From: Azolla caroliniana
Taxonomy: Eukaryota > Plantae > Polypodiophyta
DNA: 64,000 nucleotides
Assembly (NCBI GenBank): GCA_043228905.1
Contig: JBHGNT010000012.1
Location: 6,138,001-6,202,000 of the forward strand
Direction of reading: 5' to 3'
Positions 39,250 to 53,700 of the stretch are shown here, one piece after another. Below the pieces are notes generated by a model. The model saw nothing but the letters and a program-made list of their open reading frames with translations, made no database searches and had not been told where the DNA came from. The first letter of the stretch is position 1; every line of letters begins with the position of its first letter. The position numbers were made by a program, and so were the translations under genes.

Positions 39250-42200
39250 ATCTCTACCCTGATGGCTCCAAACGTGTTCCATCCGATTGAGTAGTATTCG
39301 GACAGGTCAATCAACGTTGTCTGCTCAACCACTACAACCATCTGGAATAGGCTCAATGTTTGGAATCGACACATGATTTGTGATCAACCTCTTGAAATCA
39401 GCACATTGGCATCCAATCGGCAATTACATGTGCTCAACTTGGCTAGATGACATTTGGGAAGATTGGTCGGCTCTGTCCCTTCACTTGTCGTAGTCACTCT
39501 GAGCAAGTTTAGCATCCAATTGTCATTCAGAACCTAATTGACTAAAAAATAGGCCAATTGGTTGTAGTCACTCCAAAGAGAACCCGTTGATAGTCGATAT
39601 CGATTAACTCGTATCCAAATCAGGCTAGAACGAATTTGGGTGAGCCAGTTGGTTGCACTCAACCACCGTTCGTAACCAACTCTGGGTAGAAGTCTTACAA
39701 AAGCCGACACAGAATAGCATCAACATTCGGCTCATCTGAGATTAGTCTCAAGAAATTTGACGGGTCAAACTTCAACTTCTGGAAGGAACAAATGCAAGAC
39801 TATTTGATCGTTAAAGGTCAGATAGATTTGATCGAATTCAAAAATCCTCCATAAGAGTACAAGCTGAATTAAGTGGACAAAGTTAGATCGAATTGTTTGA
39901 GCCACCATTTGGATGCACTTGTTGGAATCAGTGTACTTACTGAAGCAGCTCAGAGGAAATCATTCGTAAACGATTTGACCAACAACGCCTACATAGTACA
40001 TGGTTCGATCGACTAACCGAACAGTCGAGAGAGAAGTTCTTCCTGACCATCGACAAATTCATGAAGTCGGAGCAAGTCCAGGGATAATCGGACATGCAAT
40101 TACTATAAGAAGCCTGGAAAAATTAAAGCCGAATATTGCGCCCTCAAAGCTAGAAACGATAAAGCTTAGAGAGCCGATCACAAGGGTAGTCAGCAACCTA
40201 TGCACTTTTATGCCTAAGGATGATCACCAAAAGTTAGAGCCACGATCTTGGAAATGCATTTTCCTTGGTGATGGATTAGAAGGCGAATTTCGCTATCAAC
40301 TCTGGGATCTAGAGAATAGACAAATTATCCGAAGTTCGGACGTTGTCTTCAATGAGTTGGAAATGCACAAGTCGGCCAAAAGGCCGATCGAAGTCAGACA
40401 AGTCACATTTTTGGATGCTCTGACTCCTTCTGACGGCCTGGCACAACACACTAGAGCGGCAACATGGCAAGTCGTCCCTACCGGACAAGCCAACTTAGAG
40501 AGTGGCCTAAGTGGCGATCCAGGAGTGGATTGGCTACTCAAGAGATGATCATCAATGATGATCCGGCGAGTCCAGTCATCCCAAGACAGTCTAAACGACT
40601 GTCTCAACCACCGGAGAGATACTCTCCTGAACTATTCTTCACATATCCCGGTGAGCCAACGTCTTACGAAGAAGCATTGGCATGTGCCGATTCGGCCATC
40701 TGGCATCTGGCAATGGAGTCGGAAATAAACTTCATCCGCCACAATAAGACATGGGACCTAATCGAACTACCAAAAAATCGACATGCTCTTTAGTGCAAAT
40801 GGATCTATCGTCTCAAAGAGACATCAGATTCTACATGTCCCAAGTATAAAGCTAGATTAGTAGTGAAGGCTTCCGACAATAATATGGCGTCGACTTCAAC
40901 AAAACCTTTTGACCAGTGGTGAAAATGACCACCCTTCGATTCTTATTAGGCGTAGTGGCAGCTAAAGACTTGGAGCTAACACAACTAGATGAAAAGACAA
41001 CATTTCTCCATGACAACCTCGAGGAGGAAATCTACATGGAACAGCCGAAAGACTTTCTTGAACCTGGCCGAGAATGTCTAAACTACCGACTCAAGAAGAA
41101 TCTCTATGGTCTGAAGCAAGATCCATGATAGTGGTATAAGAAGTTCGACAATTTTATACAATTGGTTGGCTTCTCCAAGAGTGATGAGAACCACTACATC
41201 TTCTTGAGAACAACTCAAGATGGGGTCCCCATCTTCCTCATCATCTACGTGGACGACATGACATGCTTCTCTCTGGTCGGCATGCCAGAGAGTTTGCCGA
41301 TCTTGTTCAACAACTGTGGTTGAAGTTCGCAATGAAGGACCTAGGTCCTGCTCGACACATACTCGGGATAAAGATTAGTCGACTACGGAATCAATGACAA
41401 TTATTTTTGTCTCAAGCCGTCTACATCATACGTATCTTGGAGCACTTCAACATGCAATCAACCAAATCTGTTTTGACCCCACTCCCCATTAATCTTCAGC
41501 TCTCTCAGCATGATTGTCCGACATCCAATCCGAAGGGGGAAGATATAAAGTCGGTACCGTACGCACCGGTAGTCGGCTCCTTGACGTACGTGATGGTCAC
41601 AAGACGGCCTGATATTGCTCATGTTGTAGGAGTCGTTAGCAAAATCATGCACAACCCTGGTTGATCGTGTTAGAACACATTCAAGCATGTGTTCATATAT
41701 TTGGTAGGCGCACAAGACGTTGGAATAGTCCGAACAAGAACTTAGGCATTGTCGACTACAACGACTTAGACTTTGTTGGTTGTGTGGACAACCTAAAGTT
41801 GACGATTGGATACTTCTTCAAATTCAACAATGGATCAATTTCGTGGAAGTCGAAACTTCAAGAATGCACCACCACTTCAACGACTAAGGCCGAATATGTA
41901 GATGTGTCCAACGCGACGAAAGAGACTCTATGGCTCAGTTGACTGGCGTGTACATTTCGACGAGTCGATCCCAATTCGGCTCTAGTTGTCTACAATGACA
42001 ATCAGGGCGTTGTGGCCTTGTTGAAGAATCCGGTTCATCATAACGCCTCCTAATGCATTGATGTTCAATACCACTTCAATCGGGATTGTGTAACTTCAGG
42101 GAAGCTCGGCCTCGAGAAGATCTCCACGGTTGATAACATATCAGACGGGATGACCAAGTGTCTCACAGTTGACCGATTCCGGTCACTTCGGTACCAGATG

Positions 42201-42628
42201 GGTTTAAGGAGAAATCAGTTCAATCGAGTCGAACAACAGAGCTAGCCTCAACAATCGACCTTGACAGTCAAATCGACTTTTGCACTCGAATCAGCCAATT
42301 CGACCTCTGTTTCTTTCCGACCATCACTAATTCGTCTATCACTTGTTGTAGCATCTCTTTGTACATCCTGTATACCTTGTTTCATATTATAGGTCTCTCC
42401 TTAGTGTACACGCCCATTATGGGGGAGTGTTGAATACGGGTGTATAATTGCCATATTCACGATGTCCCTTTAGACATACTACATTTAAGACATTTATGTA
42501 AATATGTCTAAGGGCAATTGCCCTAACCCAGTTACTATATATCTAGTCTGGTAACCTAGTTCGAGTTGTTGTTGATGGTAAGTTGTAACCTTTTGGAATA
42601 ATAAAGTTACAAAGTGTGCCTACTCTCT

Positions 42629-42663
<35 letters not shown>

Positions 42664-42790
42664 TTTTGTCTCTTTGATCTTGATCTTTGTAGGTTGATCT
42701 ATTCATCTCAATCTACTTATGTTATCACTTGTCAATCTTCATCATACACTATTGATATTGTTTCTACACTAACGGTCTCATGCTACAACA
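39250..42790 (+). mobile_element. Decayed Ty1/copia LTR retrotransposon (5' LTR not found, internal deletion) with 3' LTR 42428-42790
   Basis: gag KKFDGSNFNFWKEQMQDYL (about 39750), integrase C-term KLEPRSWKCIFLG, RT EPTSYEEA / LEEEIYMEQP / LYGLKQ / IYVDDM, RNase H ISWKSKLQ...AEY. PPT TGGGGGAG directly precedes the LTR TGTTG...CAACA. Many stops and frameshifts. Confidence 0.92.
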
Positions 42791-44949
42791 CCGTATTGTC
42801 CATGTTCTAGTGGAAGCACACGAAAGCCACACAAAACCCTAAAGGGTCCCTTTCACATTATAAGCCCAATGTTGTTCATTGATTGCTCCTACATAATGTA
42901 AAGGGTAGTTCCCCACAATTACAATAAAACAATGTTTCTTACATATATTTGACTTATGGCCAATAGATGAGCTTCAAAAATGCTAAAACATAATAGGGTT
43001 TGTTACAACTCAAGAAATATGGCATTATTTCCCTTAACAGATTCTCTCATTGCAAAGTTAGTCAACAACTCTTCGGATCCTTGACATATGCAAAATCATT
43101 TAAGGTATGAACCACACTTCAGCCCACCCTTTGAGAGTGAGGCCAAAGCAATTATTCTTGTGAGCTTGCATAAATTGTTAAAATGCTCTTCAGGATTGTT
43201 GGCATCTTTGGATATTGTAAAACAACTTAATTAAGTTACTAACTTGGGCACCTTTTGCCATTATTGTTCATTGGTCGGGATACTTGTGTTTGTATCGATT
43301 TGAGAGTGACGGTGGCTCCAAGTTGGAGCGTATGATCATTACTTTGTCCCACGTTTATTCTATGGAAAATTCTTCAGATAGCTCCTTACTGACGAGGGAC
43401 TACTACCTAGCCTATTTGTGTAGGGAAATGAATTCTCTCTACTCAGTGGTGAAACGAGCTTTTTTTGTCTACTTAAAATGTTATTAAGTCATGATATATA
43501 TCTTTTCAACCATGTGTCAAAAGCCAAATCATGCTATGCTATGACAATCGTATTTCAAGGGTCTGGAATTTAGGTACCACGTTGTTATGGTTATGCGCGA
43601 AGAAGGGGCAAAGAAGGTGTTGACTTGTTGACCTCTATTTAGGTCTATATTTGGCGTTAATCTTGGTGTCGAACATTCCCCATATGTTTTATTTCTACCC
43701 CCAGACTCTTCTTTGGGTTGTGGTTAGTTACTTTCATTTTCTATTGTCGAGATAGGCATATAATTGAAAAGTCACTTTAGAGATCCTTCCCAAGTGACAT
43801 TTTTAGGTATGCTTGTGTGTTGGACTAAGTTGGTTTTGTTTTTGGAATCGAGAGCTCTAATCACATGTCCAACCCTTGCATACATTAACCTCATGAACTC
43901 TAACTCGCCTCTCTCGAAAGGGCCAACCTCGCTAATGCCTTATATAGGCTTAAGTGTTAATCATACAAACAAATTAAGCTCACCTCTCTCAGGAGGGAGT
44001 ATTTAGGTTTTGCCTCAACAACACTTAACACAAATAGTTGACAAGTATGGGGGAGAAAGAGAAAGTTAAAGGTTATTTGGAAAGAGATTGGTTCCTTCAC
44101 GTTCGAGTGATCAATATTAGGCTTAAAACTCTAGGACTATCTTTGTTGCACTCCCCTTTCTCCTAGTCCCACACCCGGTCTTTGGTACCAATGCCAATAT
44201 TGTCACGAGTGGTAGTATGTACTACAAGTACTTAACCCGAATGAAATATCAAGCCTTACTTGGAAGGCATGGCATCATATTTGTATTCCAATAAGACTCG
44301 GCAAGGAAACAATTTTTAATTTATATTTTGAACTTCATGGATTTAAATTTACTTGGCAAGGCATGGAGTCATATTTGCATGGCTCAAAGATTCAGTATGC
44401 TTAAGGGTATATTTGAGGGACAACAACTATGGATAGAAATGGTCACTTACATCATTAAGAAATAAGGTATGAAGCATGGAAATACGAAGATTGTAGCCTC
44501 TTAGTGGGAGGTGATAAATAGTGATAGACAAATCAAACATGTAAGGTCATTGACAACTGAACATTTATTGTCCGCTTGGTAGCATGTCTTGGATTTTTTA
44601 GAGTGGCATCAATCACACGAGAGGGAAAATACAACTCCTTGCGATTGGAGGTATTGGAGATATCTCTCGTCTTTCGGTACGAGAGGATAAACACTCCTTT
44701 CTAATGGTTGGGACCCCGAAGAAAAACGATGCCTTTTTTCGGACAGCTAGAATGAGGTTTTGTGTATCCTAGAAATATTGGCATGCTATACATATATGGT
44801 CAGGGGTCGCAAGAAAATAAATGCCCAAACTTTTCAACATCCAGTCCCAGATTCGGATCGACAATGGTAGGTCACGAAAGCCTTGTTGGCGAAGTAAAAA
44901 ACCAGACAAGTGATAAATACATCACAAACTAACTCAGATGTATAATGTA

Positions 44950-45454
44950 CATGGATGGTAGAATGGGTTAGTGATGGACGAGCAGGATGGACAGATGAGC
45001 GGGCGGGCAACCGACTCCTCACCATCACACACTCACTCACACCCACACATTCTCTCTTGCTCTCTCCATTGTGTGTGTGTGTCTCTCTCTCAATCAATGA
45101 TAAGTTGTTACACAATACAAGCACTCCATCTTGGGTTCGAAACCCAATTTCCTCACCTCTATATTATATTCTTCATACATATCTCTTTTAATTCATTACA
45201 TGCCACTGTATGTGGAATGTAGGGGGTTGAACCCACGACCTCGTGGTCTCCATTGGGCAAACCTTACCAACTGAACTACATCTGTATGGGCAATGTGTGT
45301 GTGTGTGTCTATCAATCTCTCAATCAGGAGGTGGTGATGGGCGGACGGATGGATGGATGAATGGCGGGGTGGACAAACGGGCGAGCGGGCAACAGACTCC
45401 TCACCATCACGCAACCCCCCCCCCCCCCCCCCCCCCCAAAACACCCCACACGTA

Positions 45455-45498
<44 letters not shown>

Positions 45499-45550
45499 GT
45501 GTGTGTGTGTGTGTGCGTCTCTCTCTCTCTCTCTCTTTCTATGTGTGTGA
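44950..45550. repeat. Diverged local duplication embedded in microsatellites
   Basis: GCGGGCAACMGACTCCTCACCATCAC...CATTCTCTC...TGTGTGTGTGT occurs at about 45003 and 45385. Confidence 0.75.
45214..45283 (-). mobile_element. tRNA-derived sequence (SINE head or tRNA pseudogene)
   Basis: Minus strand GATGTAGTTCAGTTGGTAAG (A-box-like) ... GTGGGTTCAACCCCCTACATTCCA (B-box-like). The anticodon arm is not canonical. Confidence 0.6.
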
Positions 45551-45668
45551 TTGTATATCACATATGTACATATATAGCTTCTTCTTCTTCTTCTTCTTCT
45601 TCTTCTGGTTCTGGTTCTGGTTCTGGTTCTGTCTAAACAGAAATCATTTCTTCTTCTTCCTTTTTTCT

Positions 45669-45705
<37 letters not shown>

Positions 45706-46045
45706 TGCTACTGTTACCACTTTCTCGTTTTCTGTTTTCGTATTCACTCCCGCGCTGCTACCATCGCCATCGCCATCGCCATCGCCATCGCCATCGCCAT
45801 CGCCATCGCCTGCTCCTCCGCCTTCTTCTTCTTCATCTCTCTCTCTCTCTCTCTCTCGACTGTGTGCTCCGTTCGTCCGTCCATCCTTCCATTTTGTCTG
45901 TCTCACCGAACATAAAACGCCGTCAAATCCCAGGTAAGGATTTTCCTTCCTTCTTTCGCACACACGCATATGTATTATACTTATATACATACATATACAT
46001 ATTTCTTTTTGCTTTATCTCTCCCTCCCTCCCTCTCTCTCTCTGT
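45415..46045. repeat. Compound microsatellite block (C, CT, GT, CTT, TTCTGG, CTA, CCATCG) at the 5' end of the CTLH gene
   Basis: Directly visible; explains the low-complexity ORFs 45196-46121. Confidence 0.9.
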
Positions 46046-47739
46046 GTATACCTCATTCTTTACACACAATCGGTGCAAATGCCTCCTGGCCTCTGGATTA
46101 TATCCGTCGAGAATTGACTAGATTACGTCGAAATATTTTCAAGCCAAGATCTGTTCCTTTGATGCTCTTCTCGTTCCTTCCGTTCTGCTTTTCTTCACTT
46201 ACTTACAACTTCCTTCCCCTGTGACTCATTCAAACGGGCCAAATCACTACGATTAGTCGATCAATTTTGCGGATTTTTGCTCCAAGTAACGCCTTCTTTG
46301 CTCAGATGACGTTGGCTTTAAGTCAAAAATTTTTCCTTCTGAATTCACTCTTTTTGTATCAAATCTGTGGATGTTGATCAAGGTAATGCACATTATCACG
46401 TTCGCATTTTGGTAAAAGTAAGATCTATTCACTTTCGTACTTTCTCTGCTTCATCTGAGTATATTTCATGCTTCCCATACAAACGGATCAAAGAATCCAT
46501 TTTCCTGGTTTACTCGGTTGTTTCTGTTCAACTTCATGCTTTCTCTGCTTAGATTTATGCTTTGTTTACGTCACAGGTAAGATTCTCTTCCTTACGCTCT
46601 TTTGCTTTCCCTCTTTCTTCCTGCATATATCACTTTCTTCCCAGACAAACGGGCTAAATAATTTGTGTCGCTTGGATTAAATCTGCGGATTCTGCTCTAG
46701 GCAATGGCTATAATCCGGAAGCTCTTTGGTCAGATTCTGGTGAACTTCATGAATACTGGTCTTTCTTTGATTGGAACTTTTCTTAGGTGATGCATTTTCT
46801 ATGAGAATCACTTCCTTTGTTTCTTTGAGGGGTTTTCTGTTTCTTGGTCATGTTTATCCAAAAAATTTCAAATTGACACATTTCTGAGATCATATGTCTT
46901 CTTTTTGTTCATGTTTGCCATTCAAGTCAGTTATTCTTAGGAAGCTGGCAGAGATCGACATTCCCATTTTTTTACTTCATTTAAGAGTTAAAATAAACAG
47001 TTGCGATCTTTTTCAGGTCTCACAGGCCATAATGGTCTATTAGAGATGTTAATGTATCTTTTATTTTTCTCTCTACAAATTAAAGGCAAACTCAATCCCG
47101 TGTTTCTTTGTTTCGATTTTGCTGAATTTTATTCTGAATGGAAATTTCCTTAAGAGGATATATTTTCTGTGAGAAAACACTTGACATTTTTTCAGGAATG
47201 ATCTGTTTCTTATTCCTTCCTAGCTGACTCTACTTTCTCTTAGATGATATTCGTTTTATCTGGATTTAGTGAAGTTCAAGGCCAGTAGATTTTGTTCGTT
47301 GAGAACTTTTCTAACATGATGTCATGTCTGTGTGATACCCTCAGGATTTTTCTGTTTCTTGTTCATGCTCAGCAGACTTACTTTGATTGGAAATACTCTT
47401 AGTTTGTTTTATTACACATCCACAACTGATTATTTATTGGTAATTGATCAGTTTGTGTGCAATCCATCTGCTTATCTCCTATATGAGATTATGGATAATG
47501 CTATTAGAGTGTTTCAAATATACGAGTCTGTGATCCATCTCGTCAATCGCTTGCTTCGTCATTTTTTGGAGAGAGATGATATGTTATGCACATGGATTTC
47601 CGTTAAATTTCCTTCTCCAAGTCAGATTATGTATAATCTGTGTCTATCAGTGGAGTTCTATGTAGAAAATTGTTTGAGATCGAGGGATTGTATATGATCT
47701 GATTGCCTTTCCTTGGTTAATCAGAGGGACCAGGCCTAC

Positions 47740-50700
47740 ATGAGAATGATTATTGATGCCATGGATAGTGCAGCTGTCAACTGGAATGCTTTAGATTCCC
47801 TTGTTCTAGATTACACGCAGGTTGAACAGTTGTTGTTAGACAGTGGAACAACTTCAGATAACTTTCTTGTTCGTGGTACAATTGCCAATATTCGCAGACT
47901 AATCGAAGAAGGTTCAATAAGCGAGGCGTTGCAGTTGATTGAACAACATGCACCATCCGTTCTTCAAGATCAACGGCTCCTTTTTAGATTGCATAAACAA
48001 GTAAGCCTCTTTACATGAGGTGGAAAAGTCAGTGTTTTGCTGCACAAGAATGCTTGTAGATGAACTTTTCATCCTTATTTATTTTTCTTCCAATCCATTT
48101 TTCACAGAGATTCATAGAGTTGCTGCGTAGTGGGAATTTGGATTCTCGGGATCAAGCTATTGAATGCTGTCGGACAATCCTACGCCCTTGTGCTTTAAAT
48201 GCATATCCTGTAAGTTCCACAACCCATTATCATACATGATAAACTGGCCTTACCATTATTCTGAATGTGTATGCCTCGTCTGGAGGATGGCCACATGTTC
48301 TGGTACCTGATTTTACTGATTGGACTTTCTACGTGATTCCCTTTTGTTGAATTTGTTTTTATCTTTGTATTTTTGGGATAGATGACACAGAGAAATAAAT
48401 CTTTATTCATTCCATAAATAGAGTATTTAATGTTCGTTGCTGGTTCTGATATCATGTTTTTATTTTTCTTGTTGAATTTTTACTTAGGAAGCATATGAAG
48501 AGTTTAAGCGGTTGATGTTGGCATTTATTTATACAAAAGATGATAATAGCTCTCCAGTTGTGGATCAGGTAATAACTAGTTATTCTGTGGGTGTCCGTTC
48601 AATAAATGGTTTAATATTGATATTATGTTGGCAACGGGGTAATCGATTGTGTAACTCAAAAGGTTTAAGCTGATGTTATACTTAGTTTTCAGCGTTTGAT
48701 ATCATTGTTCAAAACATTTCATCTCAGTGGCACCATCATTCTACTGTTAAGATGCCCTACTAGAAACATAGTTTTGAACACACCCTTCATGCCAACTTTT
48801 GAAGCTGAAAACATTTTAAACCTGGTTGATGAACTTTCTGGATACAAGTAATTTACTGTAAGATCTATTTAAATATTATTATATCTTACAAATGCTATCT
48901 ATGTATTCCAACTCATATCTATGATAGACGAAGAAATTGTTGTTCATTAGTAGAATGTGCCATGTCTTTTACAGTGTGCCTCTACATAATGAGAAAGTGC
49001 TTGCTTAGTCCATTTTGGTTTTTTAATATAAACCTCAAATTGCACACTGTAGTGTAAAACACCTTTCTCTTGGGTTGATTATCATTATTTTCAAAATAAC
49101 GATGAAAGTGTTCTGCACTCTTATTGACTTTGTATATTCCTATGAATAATTTTTTCTTTAGTACATGGATTCAAACTCAATAGTATATCCACAATATACA
49201 TAGAGAAAGTTCTGACTGGAGCAGAAAGAAGTGGTATTGTATTTATTAGAATGCCTTACATTTTAAATGCAATAAAGTACATTGGTTGTTTTGTAATTCA
49301 TATTGTATTGCTTTAGAGGACGTCAATAGTTGTAGTATGTACTATGTATGATCATTGGAGGCAATTTTCATAAAAATGGGAAGCTGAGTTGCATCTTATA
49401 ACTTCAAATTGACAAAGTTTGTATTTTCCATCAATTAGTCAACTGTAGTACATCATTGTATATTCACAAAAGTGCATTTTATCGCATGTCACATTAACAT
49501 TCGCAACACTACTAAACGTGCGGTGAATACTATCTTTTATGTTTGTATTGACACCCATTTGTTCCCCAAATAGATTTTTTATTTCTAAATCTGGAAACTC
49601 ACCTGTCAAAAGTTTATTCTTTCTACAGAATAAGACGTCATCAGATGAGAAGTGAGAAAGCAACTTGATGTTAAATATGTTTTGTTCTGTTTTCTTGCAC
49701 TGATACTCACCCAGTGAGAGAAGGCTTAAATTTATGTCCGACTCAGTTTACTATTCTGTTAACAGTGGGCTGAGTCAAGGAGGTTTGAGCTAGCTGCCAC
49801 TGTTGCATCTGTTTTAAAAGCTCAATTACATGCATATGACCCTCTTTTCTCTCTTACCCTGCGCTATCTTGTCAAGTATGTATTCGGATTTATATTTTTG
49901 ATGTATTTTCATTTGCCACCTCTTTTAAAGTTTTGTCTCTACAATGAAATAAATTTTATTTTTAATTTTCTAGTACGCATATCAGCTATTGTTTTCGCCA
50001 TGGTTTAAATTCATCGATAGCAAAGGTTTGTGAGACTGTCATGTCTAAAGAGAAGGATCCTGCTGCAACTCCATATGATTGTCTTCTAGAGGCCCCAAAA
50101 TTTAATGAGGTTGGTCTGATGTTCTTTGATGATTTCAAAGATTCCTGTTTGATTTATGTGCACCATATGTTCTACATCTACTTCATTCCATGTTGAGAAT
50201 TTTATTGGTTTAATTGCATGTTTGTTCAAGAGTGATGTTCAAGCATTGGCACATGCTGTGGACTTGTCAAGGCAAGAAGCAATTGATAGTCTGAGGTATG
50301 CTGGAGGCGATCTTACTCTTGCTTTCAAGGTACTATTTGTTTGAAAAAATGGTGGTGACCCCATGCTATCTACTCACACATTTTGATTATTTTTGGGGTG
50401 AACGGTTGTCTTTCTCTTTACTGACATGATAAAATGCTATTCACATACAGAATGAATTGAGCAGGATGAAGTTAAACACAAAAGTTGTTGATGAGCTTGT
50501 GTATCACTATTGTCTATATAGAGGTTTGATTGATGGAAACACAGACTCTAGAAACAGCGATATTGAGTCAGAGAATTCTGAAGAGCAAGGAGGCTTACGA
50601 AGGGTTGAACATACATCAAATGCTTCAACTCAAAGTGATATGTCAGTTGAAAACACAGAATATTTAGTTACCTTTAAACACAGGGAAACAGTGGCAGATA

Positions 50701-53700
50701 GAAATGATACAATGATGGAAGATCAAGCCGAGTCTCTTTCCGAACATAGTTTAGCAGGTGAATCTTCTAATGGTGATAGTTGCACACGTAGCGAGAGTAA
50801 CTGCAGCACTAGTGATTATGTAGTCTTGCCAGAGCAGAGGCATAATGCTGTTTGGAAGAAATCACAGTCCAATATCCCTCGAAAAAGATGGAAAGGGCGC
50901 TCAAAATTCTCAGATCTTGGTAATAAAAAATGCACATGCATTGGAAACGGACAAATGACTGTAATTAAAAGTAACAAAATTGATATTGCACCGAATCATA
51001 CAGAAGAACAGGTGTGTTATTTTTCACATACGTGTTTTAAAAACCAGGTTATATCTCATCTCTTCACATGTTCTAAACAATAAAGTGACTTCGTTTCCAG
51101 GGATCTGAGATTGATAAATTCGAATTAGCTCTTGAAGTTAGAGAGCTAGTATTTCAGGGGATGATTTATGATGTCATCCATAAAGTAAAGGGACTGAATC
51201 CACGAGTCTTTGAATGTAACCCACATTTACTTTTTCAATTGAAGCAGGTCTGGTTAATTTAAATACAAAATTTTAGCTCTGTGATTTTGGAGTTCTTGGT
51301 GTCTCATAGTGTTGTTTTTATAGATGGAGTTTCTGAAGCTTCTTGAAGAGGGCAATTATACAGAGGCACTTAGTATAGTGCGTGGTGTTATGGGTCCACT
51401 TGCAGCAAAATATTCCGATTTATTAAAACCCCTCAAAGAAACCATGTTAGCTTTTGCAAAGCCTCAGGGGGAGTCATTACTGAAACCTATTTTTGCATCA
51501 GGACTTGGTGCAACCTTTCAGGTATTCTCTGACTTACGGGAAATTTGCGATTGTTCTCTTGTTTTTCTGTTTATAGCTCATTGAAAGGATTTTAATGATA
51601 GGCCTATCTTGTGATCATTATTAAAAATATTTTAATGAAGTCTCAAGCTTTTCTTGACTTGCATGGGATGATGCTGAGATTGGTTTTCAGTGCAAACAGA
51701 TGGCTATAGGAGGCGGACCTAAGTGGCTGGGGTTGCGGAAGTATGATTAATGAAAAGTTTCAAGTAGTCTGGAACTGTAGGGATAGGCTGATTTGAAATG
51801 GATTGGATATTAAATGAACTTCTTTGGTTATGGTTAGGATGAGGAGGAATGGTTAAGCCAATAAAATTATGAAATTTAAGGAGACTCACAATTTAACCAT
51901 GCTGAATTTTTGCCAATTAGCCATTCCAGCCAGATGTCCCTTAGGATGGAACTTGTCAAAATGTTCGCAGTAGCAGAACTATGCAGTTCAGCTCAAACAT
52001 GAAATTTGCAAATATTGACTTCTCTGTTTTGGTGATGATATTAGGGTTTTAGGCACATGTTAAGCATAATAGCAGTAGTGTATTGAGAACAAGCTAGTGA
52101 GCAGTAAGATGGCAGATTTGTTTGTTAGAAGGGAATAAGGACGAGTCTCAAACATAGAATGGAGTTGATTTTGGACAGTTTTTTGACAATTAATTAATTA
52201 AGAAACAAGAATGATGAGAAAAACCCTTAACAATAGCATAGAAATCAAAGGGATTCTGGAATTTGGTAATTCAAGTTTCTCTGTCTGTGAAGCTGACCAA
52301 GGCGTGGGCTTTGTCTTCAGATCAAGCCTCATTTGTTTAGTTTCAAAGAAGACTGCTAGAATGTTCTGGTTTTGTAAGAGTATGATAAGTTATATTTCTT
52401 TGTTTGTTTAATATTCTGCGCTTTTTGGCATGAATATTCATGTAATGAGACGGAAAAGAAGAAGAAAAAAAGATATAAATGTCTATCTATCTGAGGCCGA
52501 TTGGGTATGAGACCAATCACGTTTATAAATTTCTGTAACTTCAGGTTATCCATATTGAAAAAATAAAAGCTCTAGGCTTCCAAAAGAGCTATATGGGGTA
52601 TTTTTATAATTTGCAGTAATTCATCAGATGATTTTACAAGCATGAAGTGCTAACTACTATGTGTAAGCTGTGGTGAGGGAACATGGTATTGGTTGGTGTT
52701 GTGGAGGGAGGTGATGACAAATAGATAAACTGCATCTGGGGTAGTTCAGACATAGTGAGTAATGATCTCTATGATCTGGTGAGGGCATGACCACATGTCT
52801 TGTATCTTGGTACTTGCAGTCTCTGTTGCTGTCAACATTGCCCCGCTCACTTAGTGGGAGACTCCTAATACATTTCTAGAGGCATGTGATTATGGAATAA
52901 GTCAGTGATAAGAGGGATGTAGGCACTGCCTCTGCATTCCATGTGCTATATTTATAGCTAATAAAGAGTCTATTCCCTATGCTGCTGAATTATGAGAGAG
53001 CCTTGGACAACTGACTATAAAACTCCTCCATCATTTGTCACAGGGTGTTGTAATTGGTGAAGAGTTTGGTAGGGTGATGTAAGCTCTTTCAACCTTGCTT
53101 TCGTGTGAATCACAAAGTCTGTCAAACCTAGTTATGTGAAATGCTTGTCCTGTTTGATCTCTAGCTGGTGAGAGGAAACTCTGTATTGGCCTACTGCTTG
53201 GCAACCATTATGGGACATGGAAATATGCATGTTACATCGAACTCCATATGAATCCATCCTTTCTGAAGCTCATGAGATGTTGTAAGCTTGTTGTCTTTGT
53301 GGGAAAAGGCTCTCTTTTAGGTATAGAGTTGTCATAGATCTTGCTGCCATGTGTTCATCTTTTGGGGCAACATAGAAAGTTCTCAATGTGCAGGCCATTG
53401 TTTTTGAAACACTTACACATGTGAGTAGGGCTTCTTCGCTACCTATTGATGTCATTCCCTTGGATGCTTCAAATGCTTAATGTGTAACACTTTTGAGGCA
53501 TGGTTTGCATCCAGTTGATGGGATTCACTTGTCTGGAACAATGAGTGGCGAACTTTGCTTGGATGATCATGTGTGGGATCAAGGCTTTGATATGTATTGT
53601 CCATAACCACATTATGACTAGTGGATGCTCTATTTGGGTCCATGTATAGTAGATCGGGAAAAGCTTGCATCCCATATGGCTTCTCGCACACATGGGCGAG

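Noticed and set aside
45196-46121. 286- and 292-aa ORFs on opposite strands
   Set aside because: They consist of homopolymer and dipeptide runs from compound microsatellites.
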